Below are positions 8,020-17,723 of a stretch of DNA of 64,000 bases, one piece after another (position 1 is the first letter of the stretch; the number at the start of each line of letters is the position of its first letter). The notes beneath the pieces are model-generated. The model had not been told where the DNA came from, made no database searches, and was given only the letters and a program-made list of their open reading frames with translations. A program made the position numbers and the translations under genes. Origin of the DNA: Minisyncoccota bacterium (GTDB lineage: Bacteria; Patescibacteriota; Minisyncoccia; UBA6257; 2-01-FULL-56-20); the NCBI GenBank assembly GCA_035509435.1, contig DATJLR010000003.1, positions 11,853-75,852 of the forward strand. Direction: 5' to 3'.

Positions 8020-9014
8020 GCCGGTTTCACCAGATTGATCGGCGCGCCGTTCACGAACGCCACAATATTATCGATCGTCGTATCAAGGATGCGCAGGAAC
8101 GCCTCGCGCGTGTTGAACGCGTTGTGCGGCGTCACGATGACGTTCGGCAGCTGGATAAGGTCCGCGTCGAGCGACATATCCCCCGCCTTCATCGCTGCCT
8201 CTTCTTCCAGCACGTCGAGCCCGGCGCCCGCGAGCGTGCCATCCTTCAACGCCTCCACCACCGCCTTCGTCTCCACGATCGCGCCGCGCGCGGTGTTCAC
8301 GAGGATCGCGCCGCGCTTGATGAGCCGCGCATTGTCCATGTTGATGAGGTGATGCGTTGACGGAAGATACGGCGCGTGGATCGTAATGACGTCGCTCTTC
8401 TTGAGCAGATCCTCGAGCGAGAGGTATGGGAAGCCCATCTCCTTCGCGAACGCATCATCGTGATACACATCGTACGCGACGATGTTCATCCCGAACCCTT
8501 TCGCCATGCGGATCGCGTGCTTGCCGATGCGGCCGGTGCCGACGACGCCGATCGTTTTCCCCGCAAGGTCAAATCCGGTCAGGCCGTCCGTCGTGAACTT
8601 TCCTTCCACGCGCACGCGCGCGTTGGCCTTGATGATCTTGCGCGAGAGCGCGAGGATCAGCGCGAACGCGAATTCGGCGACGGTGTTCTCGCCGTACGCG
8701 GGTACGGACGACACCGGGATCCCGCGCGCGGCGGCCGCGGCGAGGTCGATATGATCAAAGCCCGTGGAAAGCGTCGCGATGAACTTGAGCTCGGGCAGCG
8801 CCGCGATCGTCGCCGCGTCCACCGGCGAGTCCATGAACACGCCCGCGATGTCAAAGCCGCCCGCATCGCCCTGGGGGATCCTGTCCTTGCTCAACGCCGC
8901 ATCCACAAAATCCACCGCCACATCCGCCGCCTTCAGTTTCGCGCTTCCCTCCAGGTACGACTTCGCCTCGTCGCCCCACCGCCCGCAGTTAAAGAAGGTC
9001 GCTTTGTGTGCCAT
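8016..9014 (-). CDS. D-isomer-specific 2-hydroxyacid dehydrogenase (D-lactate/glycerate/phosphoglycerate dehydrogenase family)
   Basis: 332 aa; 'GKTIGVVGTGRIGKHAIRMAKGFGMNIVAYD' Rossmann motif and catalytic 'R...E...H' arrangement; 4-nt overlap (ATGA) with eno. Confidence 0.85.
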   Translation of the reverse strand: MAHKATFFNCGRWGDEAKSYLEGSAKLKAADVAVDFVDAALSKDRIPQGDAGGFDIAGVFMDSPVDAATIAALPELKFIATLSTGFDHIDLAAAAARGIPVSSVPAYGENTVAEFAFALILALSRKIIKANARVRVEGKFTTDGLTGFDLAGKTIGVVGTGRIGKHAIRMAKGFGMNIVAYDVYHDDAFAKEMGFPYLSLEDLLKKSDVITIHAPYLPSTHHLINMDNARLIKRGAILVNTARGAIVETKAVVEALKDGTLAGAGLDVLEEEAAMKAGDMSLDADLIQLPNVIVTPHNAFNTREAFLRILDTTIDNIVAFVNGAPINLVKPA

Positions 9015-9096
9015 AGGGGTATTATAGCACTACCAGATGCTATTTTCTCGTGGAAAGCCGCGGCCTCATCCAAAGGTTTTTATTAAGATGCTGAGC

Positions 9097-9618
9097 TTAG
9101 ATGGGTCCGTAAGATATACCCGCAAACTGCTTATCAATATTACCCTGCGAACGTCTCCCCGGCATTACATCTGGCTTAAAGATTGCTTTCATCCAATATT
9201 TTTTGCCCCAAATATCTTGATAGGTTATATAAAGTTCTCCATTATTAAAAAGAGGGTTATTCCCTTCTGAGAAAGGGATCGTCGCCGAGCTTTCTAAAAA
9301 TTGAAAGCTGTCTGAGTATTTTTTAGGCAATATATCAAAGCTAAGATTCAAAATTCTGCCTATTGGTTTGATTTCCACTCTAATATTCTTAGCTAGCCCA
9401 TTTCCAGCATTTTCAAGACCAAAGTTTAATACTTGGGGATTTGAAACATCAGTGATAATAGGAACTAATATAGGGATCTGGCCTTCTCTATTTTGTCTTA
9501 GCGCCTTGAATGCATAATAGGCCGATAGACCGGCGACAATGACGGATAAAAGTGGCAGTAAGATTCCAATCCAGTTTAGAAATATAGGGCTCTGATGAAT
9601 TAAAAGATGATGGTGCAT
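9097..9618 (-). CDS. hypothetical membrane-anchored protein (low-GC islet)
   Basis: 173-aa ORF, AT-rich, N-terminal TM helix. Confidence 0.45.
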   Translation of the reverse strand: MHHHLLIHQSPIFLNWIGILLPLLSVIVAGLSAYYAFKALRQNREGQIPILVPIITDVSNPQVLNFGLENAGNGLAKNIRVEIKPIGRILNLSFDILPKKYSDSFQFLESSATIPFSEGNNPLFNNGELYITYQDIWGKKYWMKAIFKPDVMPGRRSQGNIDKQFAGISYGPI

Positions 9619-9634
9619 TGATGCGTTACTTTTA

Positions 9635-10093
9635 CTAATTACTCCACTCCGAACAAGATTGAGCCGCCTGTTGTGCTATAACCCTGTATTGAGGAGAAGC
9701 AGCACCATTAACATTGATGTAGGCGTTAGCGTCTATAAGCCATACCACGCCATAATTTTCTATGAGGTAATCGAAATCACAATTACATTTGCCCCATGTT
9801 CCCCCAGAAGATGTACAACCATTAACAAAAGAATTTCGTTGACTCTCGGCGGCAGGTGAAAAAGTCATAGGCGTGTAATTGTGGGGATAATCATAAGATG
9901 GTTGAACGGTTGCGTTTTGAACCTGGGGCTGAATTTGAACTGCCGATGACGTCTGGGTGAGTTGTTGAATTGAGTTGTTCGCGGAAGTATTTGTTAATTG
10001 CTCTTGATTGTTTAAATTTTGCCCCAATAAATAGGCTCCTATGGTTAGGGCTACAACCAAGACACCTACAACAAACCATTTCCCTCCACTCAT
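9635..10093 (-). CDS. hypothetical secreted/membrane-anchored protein (low-GC islet)
   Basis: 152 aa; N-terminal TM/signal; Q/N/T-rich linker; Cys-containing C-domain 'GCTSSGGTWGKCNCDFDYL'. Confidence 0.45.
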   Translation of the reverse strand: MSGGKWFVVGVLVVALTIGAYLLGQNLNNQEQLTNTSANNSIQQLTQTSSAVQIQPQVQNATVQPSYDYPHNYTPMTFSPAAESQRNSFVNGCTSSGGTWGKCNCDFDYLIENYGVVWLIDANAYINVNGAASPQYRVIAQQAAQSCSEWSN

Positions 10094-10185
10094 ATTTTTG
10101 TACTAAAATTATCAAACAAAAGTATCGTTTTAGCAATAGACGACCGACTCACGCTAGAACGAACTAGAAACAATCATGACTATTC

Positions 10186-10225
10186 CAAACGCAAACACCC
10201 GCCAAATGGCGGATGTTTGCGTTTG
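10186..10225. other. strong 17-18 bp stem-loop in ppsA 3' region / islet boundary
   Basis: CAAACGCAAACAcCCGCC-aaat-GGCGGaTGTTTGCGTTTG; no adjacent T-run on either strand. Confidence 0.4.
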
Positions 10226-10314
10226 CCAAGCAGGGGCATTCTTATCGTAACTGCTGCATATCCACAGTCAAATAAGATTTAATGATTTTTTAATCTTCTT
10301 TTTGAGGGGCAATA

Positions 10315-12795
10315 TTATTTCCCACGCCGCTTCCCTTTCATCTTTGCCTCTTCCTTTGCGATCGCGATCGTCGTCGCGACGACGGTGTCGGGGTTCAGCG
10401 AGATGCTCTCAATGCCGCGCGTCACGAGGAACTGCGCGAAGTCCGGATAGTCGGACGGCGCCTGGCCGCAGATGCCGATATATTTTTTGCGCGCGCGGCA
10501 TTTTGCGATGACATCCGCGATCAGGATCTTTACCGCCTCGTTGTTCTCGTTCGCGATCTTTGTGACGATGCCCGAGTCGCGGTCCAGGCCGAGCGTGAGC
10601 TGAGTGAGGTCGTTCGAGCCGATCGAAAAGCCGTCAAAGATGTCCAGGAACTTGTCTGCGAGCAGCACGTTTGACGGAATCTCGCACATCACGTAGATCG
10701 GCGTCACGGTCTTGAATTTCTTTGCTGCCACAGCCACCCGGCCGCCGCGCTTTGCCATGTAATTCGTAACGAGCCCAGCTTCTGCCATCGTCTCCTGCAC
10801 CTTCACGCCTTCGTCCACCGTGCGGCAGAATGGCACCATCGGGATCACGTTCGTGAGGCCCATCTCCTCGCGCACCATTTTGATCGCGGCCGCCTCCAGC
10901 ATGAACGCCGGCTTGAACTTGGGGTCGTAATAGCGCGACGCGCCACGCCAACCGATCATCGGGTTCTCCTCACGAGGCTCATACGCCTCGCCGCCAAGCA
11001 AGGTGCGATACTCGTTCGTCTTGAAGTCGCTGAAGCGCACGATCACGTGGTTCGGCCAGAACGCCGCGCCGATCTTCGCGATGCCGAACGCCAGGTTGTC
11101 TATATAATACTGCTTCGGGTCCTTCCAGCCGCGCATCTTCTCCTCGATCGCCGCGCGCACTGCGGGCTTCTGGTCCTTAAGGTTGAGCAGCGCCATCGGG
11201 TGCAATCCCATCTTTGACGCGATGATGAACTCCTCACGCGCGAGTCCCACGCCCTGGTTCGGCAGGAACGACACCTCGAACGCGCTGTCCGAGACCGCCA
11301 CGTTCACCATCACTTTCGTCTTCGGCTTCGGCACTTTTTTGAGGTCGTGCTCCACCACTTTGAACTTCATGGCACCGTGCGAGATGTTCCCGCCGCTGCC
11401 CGTCGTGTCCACCGTGATGACGTCGCCCGTCTTGATGAGCTTCGTCGCGCGCTCCGTTCCCACGACCGCGGGAATGCCAAGCTCGCGGCTCACGATCGCC
11501 GCGTGCGACGTGCGGCCGCCCTTATCCGTGACGATCGCCGCTGCCATCTTCATGATCGGCTCCCAATCGGGATCGGTCATCGTCGTCACGAGGATCTCTC
11601 CACGCTTGAAGTCGTTGATGTGCTTGGCCTCGAGGATGACGTGCGCCTTGCCCGTCGCGATCTTGGAACCGACGGACGCGCCCGTGAGGAACGGCGTCTT
11701 CTTTTCCTGCGGAATGTATTCCTTGAGCTTGGAAAAGTCGCGGCCGGCCTGGATGGTCTCGGGGCGCGCCTGTACGATGTAGATCTCGCCCGTCTCGCCA
11801 TCCTTGGCCCACTCCATATCCATCGGCGTCCACTTCTTGTAGTGGTCGGTGTAATGCTTCTCTATGATAGTCCCCCACGTGGCGAGCTGTGCCACCTCTT
11901 TATCGGTCAGCACGAACCCGTCGCGCTCGGCTGGAGATGTCGCCACGATCTTTGTCTGCTGGATGCTCGCCACGCCGCTTCCGGTGCGCGGGTGGTAAAT
12001 CATCTTGCGCAGCTTCACGCCCAGCTTCTTTTCGATGATCGGCTTCTTTGTTTTCGCCTTTAAGCCGTTCTTCCACACGATGAACTCGTCCGGCGTCACC
12101 TCTCCCTTCACGATCATCTCGCCGAGACCCCACGAGCCGTTGATGATCACGATGTCCTTGAAGCCGGATTCGGTGTCCACCGAGAACATGACGCCCGAGC
12201 ACGCCTTGTCGGAACGCACCATCTTCTGCACGCCGGCGGAGAGCGCGATCTTCAGGTGATCGAAGCCGCGGTCCGCGCGGTACGAGATCGCGCGGTCGGT
12301 AAAGAGCGATGCCATGGTCGCGCGGACCGCGACGGCAACCTCGTGCGCGCCGCGAATGCCAAGGTAGCTCTCCTGCTCGCCGGCAAAGCTCGCACCCGGC
12401 AGATCCTCCGCGGTCGCGGACGACCGCACCGCCACGTCCGCATTCCTGCCGTAGCGCTTCTCTATATAATTGCGGTAGGCCGCCACGATGTCATCGTTCA
12501 GGTCCTTCGGGAACTCGGTCGCAACGATCTTTTCGCGGATCAGTTTGCCGCGGCGCTCAAGCTCCTTTAAATTCTTGGTGTTGAGGCCTTTTAATGTTTC
12601 TTTAATGAACCTGTCGAGGCCGGTGCTTTGTAAGAAATAATAGTAGGCGTCAGCCGTGACGGTGAATCCTGACGGCACGGGCACACCTTTCGCGCCGAGC
12701 GTGCGGATCATCTCGCCGAGCGACGCATTCTTTCCTCCCACCATCCCGACGTCTTTGATCCCGACCTGCTCGAACTTCAATATATATTTTTTCAT
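10315..12795 (-). CDS. ppsA: phosphoenolpyruvate synthase (pyruvate, water dikinase)
   Basis: 826 aa; ATP-grasp N-domain, phospho-His swivel domain 'GGRTSHAAIVSRELGIPAVVG', PEP-utilising C-domain with 'ICGQAPSDYPDF'. Confidence 0.9.
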   Translation of the reverse strand: MKKYILKFEQVGIKDVGMVGGKNASLGEMIRTLGAKGVPVPSGFTVTADAYYYFLQSTGLDRFIKETLKGLNTKNLKELERRGKLIREKIVATEFPKDLNDDIVAAYRNYIEKRYGRNADVAVRSSATAEDLPGASFAGEQESYLGIRGAHEVAVAVRATMASLFTDRAISYRADRGFDHLKIALSAGVQKMVRSDKACSGVMFSVDTESGFKDIVIINGSWGLGEMIVKGEVTPDEFIVWKNGLKAKTKKPIIEKKLGVKLRKMIYHPRTGSGVASIQQTKIVATSPAERDGFVLTDKEVAQLATWGTIIEKHYTDHYKKWTPMDMEWAKDGETGEIYIVQARPETIQAGRDFSKLKEYIPQEKKTPFLTGASVGSKIATGKAHVILEAKHINDFKRGEILVTTMTDPDWEPIMKMAAAIVTDKGGRTSHAAIVSRELGIPAVVGTERATKLIKTGDVITVDTTGSGGNISHGAMKFKVVEHDLKKVPKPKTKVMVNVAVSDSAFEVSFLPNQGVGLAREEFIIASKMGLHPMALLNLKDQKPAVRAAIEEKMRGWKDPKQYYIDNLAFGIAKIGAAFWPNHVIVRFSDFKTNEYRTLLGGEAYEPREENPMIGWRGASRYYDPKFKPAFMLEAAAIKMVREEMGLTNVIPMVPFCRTVDEGVKVQETMAEAGLVTNYMAKRGGRVAVAAKKFKTVTPIYVMCEIPSNVLLADKFLDIFDGFSIGSNDLTQLTLGLDRDSGIVTKIANENNEAVKILIADVIAKCRARKKYIGICGQAPSDYPDFAQFLVTRGIESISLNPDTVVATTIAIAKEEAKMKGKRRGK

Positions 12796-12814
12796 TATTT
12801 TTTAATTTTAAAAT

Positions 12815-14110
12815 TCACATTTTTAATCCTATCATGAGATCCGACACGTTCGACCCGGTGTCGCCGGTCATCACATAGTTTCCTATCTTTTCAAACAGCG
12901 CATACGTGTTGTCGGCAACGCGGAACGTCTCCGGATCTATGCCCGCTGCGAGTGCGGCATTTTTTGTCATTATATCGCAAATGGCGCCGGCGAACGGCCC
13001 ATGATCGCGGCCATCCGAGGCAAATGACAGGATCTCCTCGTTATCCTCTATAAATCGGAGCGCAGAAGCGCACAGCTGCAGATTTCTCCCTCCCCGGGCA
13101 GCGGTGCTATGGACCTTTACGGTCGTCTCCCCCGCCCAAAGAAGCACCGAACGCGGGCGGGCGGCATGGACCGCATCCGCGATCATCTTGCCCACATCGT
13201 CGGCCTCTCCGGTAAGCTCGCTCGTACGGATCTCTGCCTTGAAGCCAAGCCCCGCCGCCGAGACCGCCATCGCGTCAAGAGCATGCCGGCTCGAGACCAC
13301 AAGGACGTTCGAAACACGTTCGAAGTAGATATCTTCCTTCGGCGTCTCCATCAGGCCGCACTGCTCGATATTGCACGTCTCAAGCACGCGATACTTCTCA
13401 AGGACGCGCGCGGCGTCATCCATCGTGGTAGTGTCCTTCACGGTCGGCCCGGAAGCGATCGACGAAAGATCGTCGCCCACCACATCCGAAAAAATAAGCG
13501 ACACCACGCGCGCGGGATATGCGGCCTTCGCCAGGTTGCCGCCGCGCGCGTGGGAAAGGTGCTTTCGGATCACATTGATCTCCTGAATGGTCGCGCCGGC
13601 GCCAATGAGCGTTTCCATGATGGGGATCTCCTCGTTGCTTGCGGGATCCTCGGGAAGGAACAGCAGCGTGGATCCCCCGCCGGAAACGACGAATATGACG
13701 AGGTCGGCCTTGGTAAGGCCGGCGAGCACGGCGACGATCGCCTGGGCGGCCTGCTTATTGTCGTCCGATGGGAGCGGATGCGTCCCGCAGAATGTCCGCA
13801 AGTGCGGAAGTTCGGGGCAGACCTTTACGTCAACCACGACGCCGTCCGCAATCCGGGCGCCAAGAACGCGCTCCGCAAATGCGCCGGCCTCCGCGGCGCA
13901 TTTTCCGATCGCAATAAAGATCACCTTCCCCACAGCGCGAAGATCTATTGCCTCTCCTCCGACAAGAAGCGTATCCCCTTCAAGAGACAACTTATTGCTG
14001 AGCACCCCTTCCGTGTCGATCGTTTCATACCCCGCTTCGGCGATCGCAAGGAGCGTGCGGCGCGCATCCGTCACTGCAAGTTCGTCGAAGTTCTTGATCT
14101 TCATCGTCAT
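12815..14110 (-). CDS. glycerate kinase (MOFRL family, glycerate 2-kinase/TtuD-like)
   Basis: 431 aa; 'VVSGGGSTLL', 'LWAGETTVKV...ARGGRNLQL', 'FASDGRDHGPFAGA' are MOFRL-family motifs. Confidence 0.8.
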   Translation of the reverse strand: MTMKIKNFDELAVTDARRTLLAIAEAGYETIDTEGVLSNKLSLEGDTLLVGGEAIDLRAVGKVIFIAIGKCAAEAGAFAERVLGARIADGVVVDVKVCPELPHLRTFCGTHPLPSDDNKQAAQAIVAVLAGLTKADLVIFVVSGGGSTLLFLPEDPASNEEIPIMETLIGAGATIQEINVIRKHLSHARGGNLAKAAYPARVVSLIFSDVVGDDLSSIASGPTVKDTTTMDDAARVLEKYRVLETCNIEQCGLMETPKEDIYFERVSNVLVVSSRHALDAMAVSAAGLGFKAEIRTSELTGEADDVGKMIADAVHAARPRSVLLWAGETTVKVHSTAARGGRNLQLCASALRFIEDNEEILSFASDGRDHGPFAGAICDIMTKNAALAAGIDPETFRVADNTYALFEKIGNYVMTGDTGSNVSDLMIGLKM

Positions 14111-14129
14111 GGTATTTGTTATAAGTGTA

Positions 14130-15224
14130 TCATGCCATTTCCACGCCCTTTCCCACCGCGGCGGCGATCGTCGCGTAGCCGTCGCGCGCCAATAATTTCA
14201 CGAGTCCGCGGTTGATGCGCCTGACCGCCGTTGGTCCGCCGTAGACGAGGCCGGTCACCATCTGAACGAGCGATGCGCCCGCCCTGATCTTCTCGTACGC
14301 GTCCTCCGCGGTGAACACGCCGCCAAGCCCGATCAAGATGTATTTGCCCTCCGTCACGCGGTAGATATGGCGGATCATATCGGTGGACAGCCGCCGCATC
14401 GGCGCGCCGGATATGCCGCCTGCCGGTATGACATCCAGTGCCTCCGGCGATGAGCGCAATCGCAGCATGCTGCGATCCTTCGCCAGGTTCGCCACCACGA
14501 AGCCGTCGATAAAATGATATTTGCCCGCGACCGCGAGGATCGCGTCCACCTCGTCGCGCAGAAGATGGGCGGAGATCTTGAGGAACACCGGGCGCGGCTT
14601 CTCTTCTTTTGCGAGCGCGTGGAGCAGCGCGTTGAGCATCACAGGGTCCTGGAACGTGCATCCGTCCTGCGCGTTCGGGCACGAGATGTTGATCGTCACG
14701 TACGCAAATCGCCGCACGAGCATCCGGTAGGTCGCCACATAATCCGCGATGGACGCCTCCCCTTTTATGTCCGCGCGGTTCGTCTTTGCGATGTTCAATC
14801 CGACCGGAAAATGGAATGTGAGCGTCTTCAGCTTTTGCGCCGCCACCTCCGCGCCGTTGTTCTTCAGCCCGTAATAGACGATGAGCGCCTTGTCGTCGGG
14901 CAGCCGCGCGAGGCGCAGGCCGTCGTTGCCCGCGTACGGAAAGCGCGTGATCGCGCCCACCTCCATAAAGCCGAATCCCACCGCGGGCATGATCTTTGTC
15001 AGGCGCATGTCCTTGTCGAATCCGGCGCCGAGCCCGATCGGGTTTTTGAAGCGGATCCCCGCCACGGTGGTCTCGAGCGACGGATGCCGGTAATCGCACG
15101 CGAGCGCCACGATCCGCCGCGTGAAGAAATTGCTCCCCAAACATTCGCCGAACGGCGTAAAAAAGTCGTGCACGCGCTCGGGGTCAAAGTGAAAGAGGAT
15201 CGGCTTTAGGATCTTTTCATACAT
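14130..15224 (-). CDS. pyrD: dihydroorotate dehydrogenase (quinone), class 2
   Basis: 364 aa; 'NPIGLGAGFDKD', 'NISCPNAQDG', 'IIGLGGVFTAEDAYEKIRAGASLVQ' DHOD class-2 motifs. Confidence 0.85.
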   Translation of the reverse strand: MYEKILKPILFHFDPERVHDFFTPFGECLGSNFFTRRIVALACDYRHPSLETTVAGIRFKNPIGLGAGFDKDMRLTKIMPAVGFGFMEVGAITRFPYAGNDGLRLARLPDDKALIVYYGLKNNGAEVAAQKLKTLTFHFPVGLNIAKTNRADIKGEASIADYVATYRMLVRRFAYVTINISCPNAQDGCTFQDPVMLNALLHALAKEEKPRPVFLKISAHLLRDEVDAILAVAGKYHFIDGFVVANLAKDRSMLRLRSSPEALDVIPAGGISGAPMRRLSTDMIRHIYRVTEGKYILIGLGGVFTAEDAYEKIRAGASLVQMVTGLVYGGPTAVRRINRGLVKLLARDGYATIAAAVGKGVEMA

Positions 15225-15229
15225 CGGGA

Positions 15230-17530
15230 TCAGTGCGTTACCGCCGCCGGATCCACCGCCGACCCTTCCGCGACGGCGTCATCGATCTCGCACACGCCGC
15301 TCGCGCACGCGAGCTCCTTTTTGACGTCGGTGGAATCCTCCTTCTCGTAAAGCAAGATCTGCGAGAAATCGATCGGCGGGAGCGCGGCCACCATCTCCTC
15401 ATACCGCTCCTTCGTGATCTCCTCGTAGGGCGCGAGCATATATGCATGGTTCTCGCGCGGCAGGAACGAAAGGCCGCCCAGCATGTCCCAGTGCTCGTAG
15501 AGCCAGTTCGCCACCGCGATCCATTCGTTGTCGCCGATCGACACCGTCACCGATGGGTTGTGCTCCGTAAAGATCACCTTTACCTTGCGCCAATACTCAA
15601 GCTGGTCGATCGCCGAGAGATCATCCTTGAGCACCGCGCCTTCCGGCGCCTTCACGGGAAACTCGAACACGTACGTGGACGCCGACGAAACCGACTGCCC
15701 CACTTCCGGAAAGTACGGCACCTTCTGGTCCTTCATCATATGGAAGAGCGCGTCCGTCGCCGAGATGCGCACGCGGCGAATATAATATTGCGCGTGCCGT
15801 GCGTGGAGGCCCGACGCCGCATCCACCGTCTGCGACACGGTGCCCGACGGCTTCACGCAGGTCACCGATGTGGACGGCGCGACGCCGAACCGCTTTGCAT
15901 ATTCTTTGTTCACTTCGAGCGCGCGCTCGCGGAGCGCCGAGAGCACCGCTTCGTTGCGCACCGCGGGACAATCCCACTGCCCCGTGATCGAAACACCGAG
16001 CAGCCGCTCCTTCTCGCAATTGCGCTTCCATTCTTTTGAAAGATACGGGAAGTTCGTCAGCATTGACTGGTACGTGCCGAGGATCGCCGCAATGCGGATC
16101 TTTTTCATCAGCGTCTCTTCGGTGTCATCCGCGCGAGCGACCACTTCCGAAAGATTGCAGAACTGTTTCGGCTGGAGCAGGATCTCCCCGCACGGATTGG
16201 TGCCCACCTTCATTATCTTCTGGCCAAGCACGCGCTTGCGCCGCGTGGGGATCTGGTAGACCAGGCTGCCGCGATTGAATATCCCCCGCTCGCCGGTGTG
16301 GCTTTTGGCGAGCGCGAGCCATTCGTCCATGAACTGTTCCGCATCGGGCTTGCGCGCATAGACGGCCGAGTTGTTCGCCATCGAACGCTGCGGGTCGGCA
16401 AAATAGAACTGGCCGGTCTTTGCGGCGCGCATCTCCGTATCGTCCAGGTCGGAGAGCGAGATCATCGCGCTGCGGCGCACGCCGCCCGCCACCACCACCT
16501 CCCCGATCTTGCAGCAGATGTCATGCACATCGATGTTCGCCAACCGCCGCCCCTGCTTGTTCAGGATCTTCGCGCGGGCGAACGCAAGGAGCGAGCGCAG
16601 CGGCTCGGGGCCGGAGCTCTTGCCGCCCATTGTCGCCAGGCGCGCGCCGGCCGGGCGCAGCTGCGAGAGGTCGAACTCTATGTCCTTGCCGTCGTACCAC
16701 GTGCGAAGGCCGAGGGTGAGCGCGTCCGCCCATCCCTCCTTGCTGTCGCCCACCACATGCGTCTTCAGTTTCTTTCCCGTCTGGCGCTTGATCTGCGGCA
16801 GCTTCTGCACGTTCTGGCTCTCAACGGAAAATCCCACGCCCGTGCCGCACATGGACACATACATGATCTCCGCAAAATCCTCCAGTTTCTGCGGCGCGAT
16901 GAACGAGCAGTTGTACGCGCAAACGTTCGTGGCGCGTGCCGCCTTCCCCGCAAACTGCAGAAGCCGCATGGACGGCATCGCCTCCTGATGCAGGATCGCG
17001 TCCTGGACCTCCGCATACTCCGCCTCCGTCAATTTGTCGCCAAGATTCTCCTTCATGAACGAAACGTACCGCTCCACCGTCTCGATCCACGTCTCGCGCC
17101 GCCCTTCCTCCGGGATCCAATTGGCATAAGTGCGATAATAGACGAATTCCGCAAGCTGATTCCGGAAATAATGCTTGCTCGCCGCCGCCAGCTTGCGGAC
17201 GTAGTCGGGGATCTCCTTTTTGTTCTCGCGCAGCTGGGCGCGTTCGTTGCGGTATAAAATATATGCCTTCGCCGTCTTTTGGAAATCCATCAAAATGAGC
17301 TGGGTCTCCACCACGTCCTGGATCTCTTCGATCGTCGGCACATGCCCAGCCGGATATTTCTTCATGAGAGACACCACTACCTGCTCCGACACCTTTTGCG
17401 CGCTCTCGCCCGACCCCTCCTTTGTTGCCGCCATCGCCCGCGCGATCGCGCTCGTGATCCGGTCCTGGTCCCACGGCACGATCCGCCCATCCCGCTTCCG
17501 CACTTCCGCAAAGCTGTTATTTTTTGTCAT
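15230..17530 (-). CDS. nrdJ: adenosylcobalamin-dependent ribonucleotide reductase (class II, NrdJ) with N-terminal ATP-cone
   Basis: About 766 aa from the ATG at 17528-17530 (GGAAG SD upstream). The ORF track's earlier start (17572) lacks an RBS. ATP-cone 'VRKRDGRIVPWDQDRITSAIARAM'; RNR active site 'NPCGEI'; C-terminal Cys pair. Confidence 0.85.
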   Translation of the reverse strand: MTKNNSFAEVRKRDGRIVPWDQDRITSAIARAMAATKEGSGESAQKVSEQVVVSLMKKYPAGHVPTIEEIQDVVETQLILMDFQKTAKAYILYRNERAQLRENKKEIPDYVRKLAAASKHYFRNQLAEFVYYRTYANWIPEEGRRETWIETVERYVSFMKENLGDKLTEAEYAEVQDAILHQEAMPSMRLLQFAGKAARATNVCAYNCSFIAPQKLEDFAEIMYVSMCGTGVGFSVESQNVQKLPQIKRQTGKKLKTHVVGDSKEGWADALTLGLRTWYDGKDIEFDLSQLRPAGARLATMGGKSSGPEPLRSLLAFARAKILNKQGRRLANIDVHDICCKIGEVVVAGGVRRSAMISLSDLDDTEMRAAKTGQFYFADPQRSMANNSAVYARKPDAEQFMDEWLALAKSHTGERGIFNRGSLVYQIPTRRKRVLGQKIMKVGTNPCGEILLQPKQFCNLSEVVARADDTEETLMKKIRIAAILGTYQSMLTNFPYLSKEWKRNCEKERLLGVSITGQWDCPAVRNEAVLSALRERALEVNKEYAKRFGVAPSTSVTCVKPSGTVSQTVDAASGLHARHAQYYIRRVRISATDALFHMMKDQKVPYFPEVGQSVSSASTYVFEFPVKAPEGAVLKDDLSAIDQLEYWRKVKVIFTEHNPSVTVSIGDNEWIAVANWLYEHWDMLGGLSFLPRENHAYMLAPYEEITKERYEEMVAALPPIDFSQILLYEKEDSTDVKKELACASGVCEIDDAVAEGSAVDPAAVTH

Positions 17531-17663
17531 AATACTTCCATTCTTCTGCCGAAGGGCGGAACCGCATAGCACACCGCCCTGTGCATAACCGCACGGGCGT
17601 TGTCAGAAGACGCAGGCATATCGGAAAATCCTTTATTTTTACTTAATGAACGAGGGTAAAAAT

Positions 17664-17682
17664 ATGACAACATTTTTGTCAT
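17664..17682. promoter_or_regulatory. 19-bp palindrome ATGACAA-N5-TTGTCAT in the nrdJ / trmB-like divergent region (candidate operator)
   Basis: Perfect 7-bp half-sites; the right half overlaps the -35-like TTGTCA of the TrmB-like gene promoter (extended -10 TGcTATACT at 17698-17706). Confidence 0.3.
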
Positions 17683-17723
17683 CTATTTCGCAAAATGTGC
17701 TATACTCGGAATGAACAAACGCC

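Noticed and set aside
17531-17700. Possible cobalamin riboswitch or NrdR box in the nrdJ leader.
   Set aside because: No B12-box-like (e.g. GCCACUG) core or NrdR-box (acaCwAtATaTwGtgt) match recognisable by eye; only the palindrome noted in findings.
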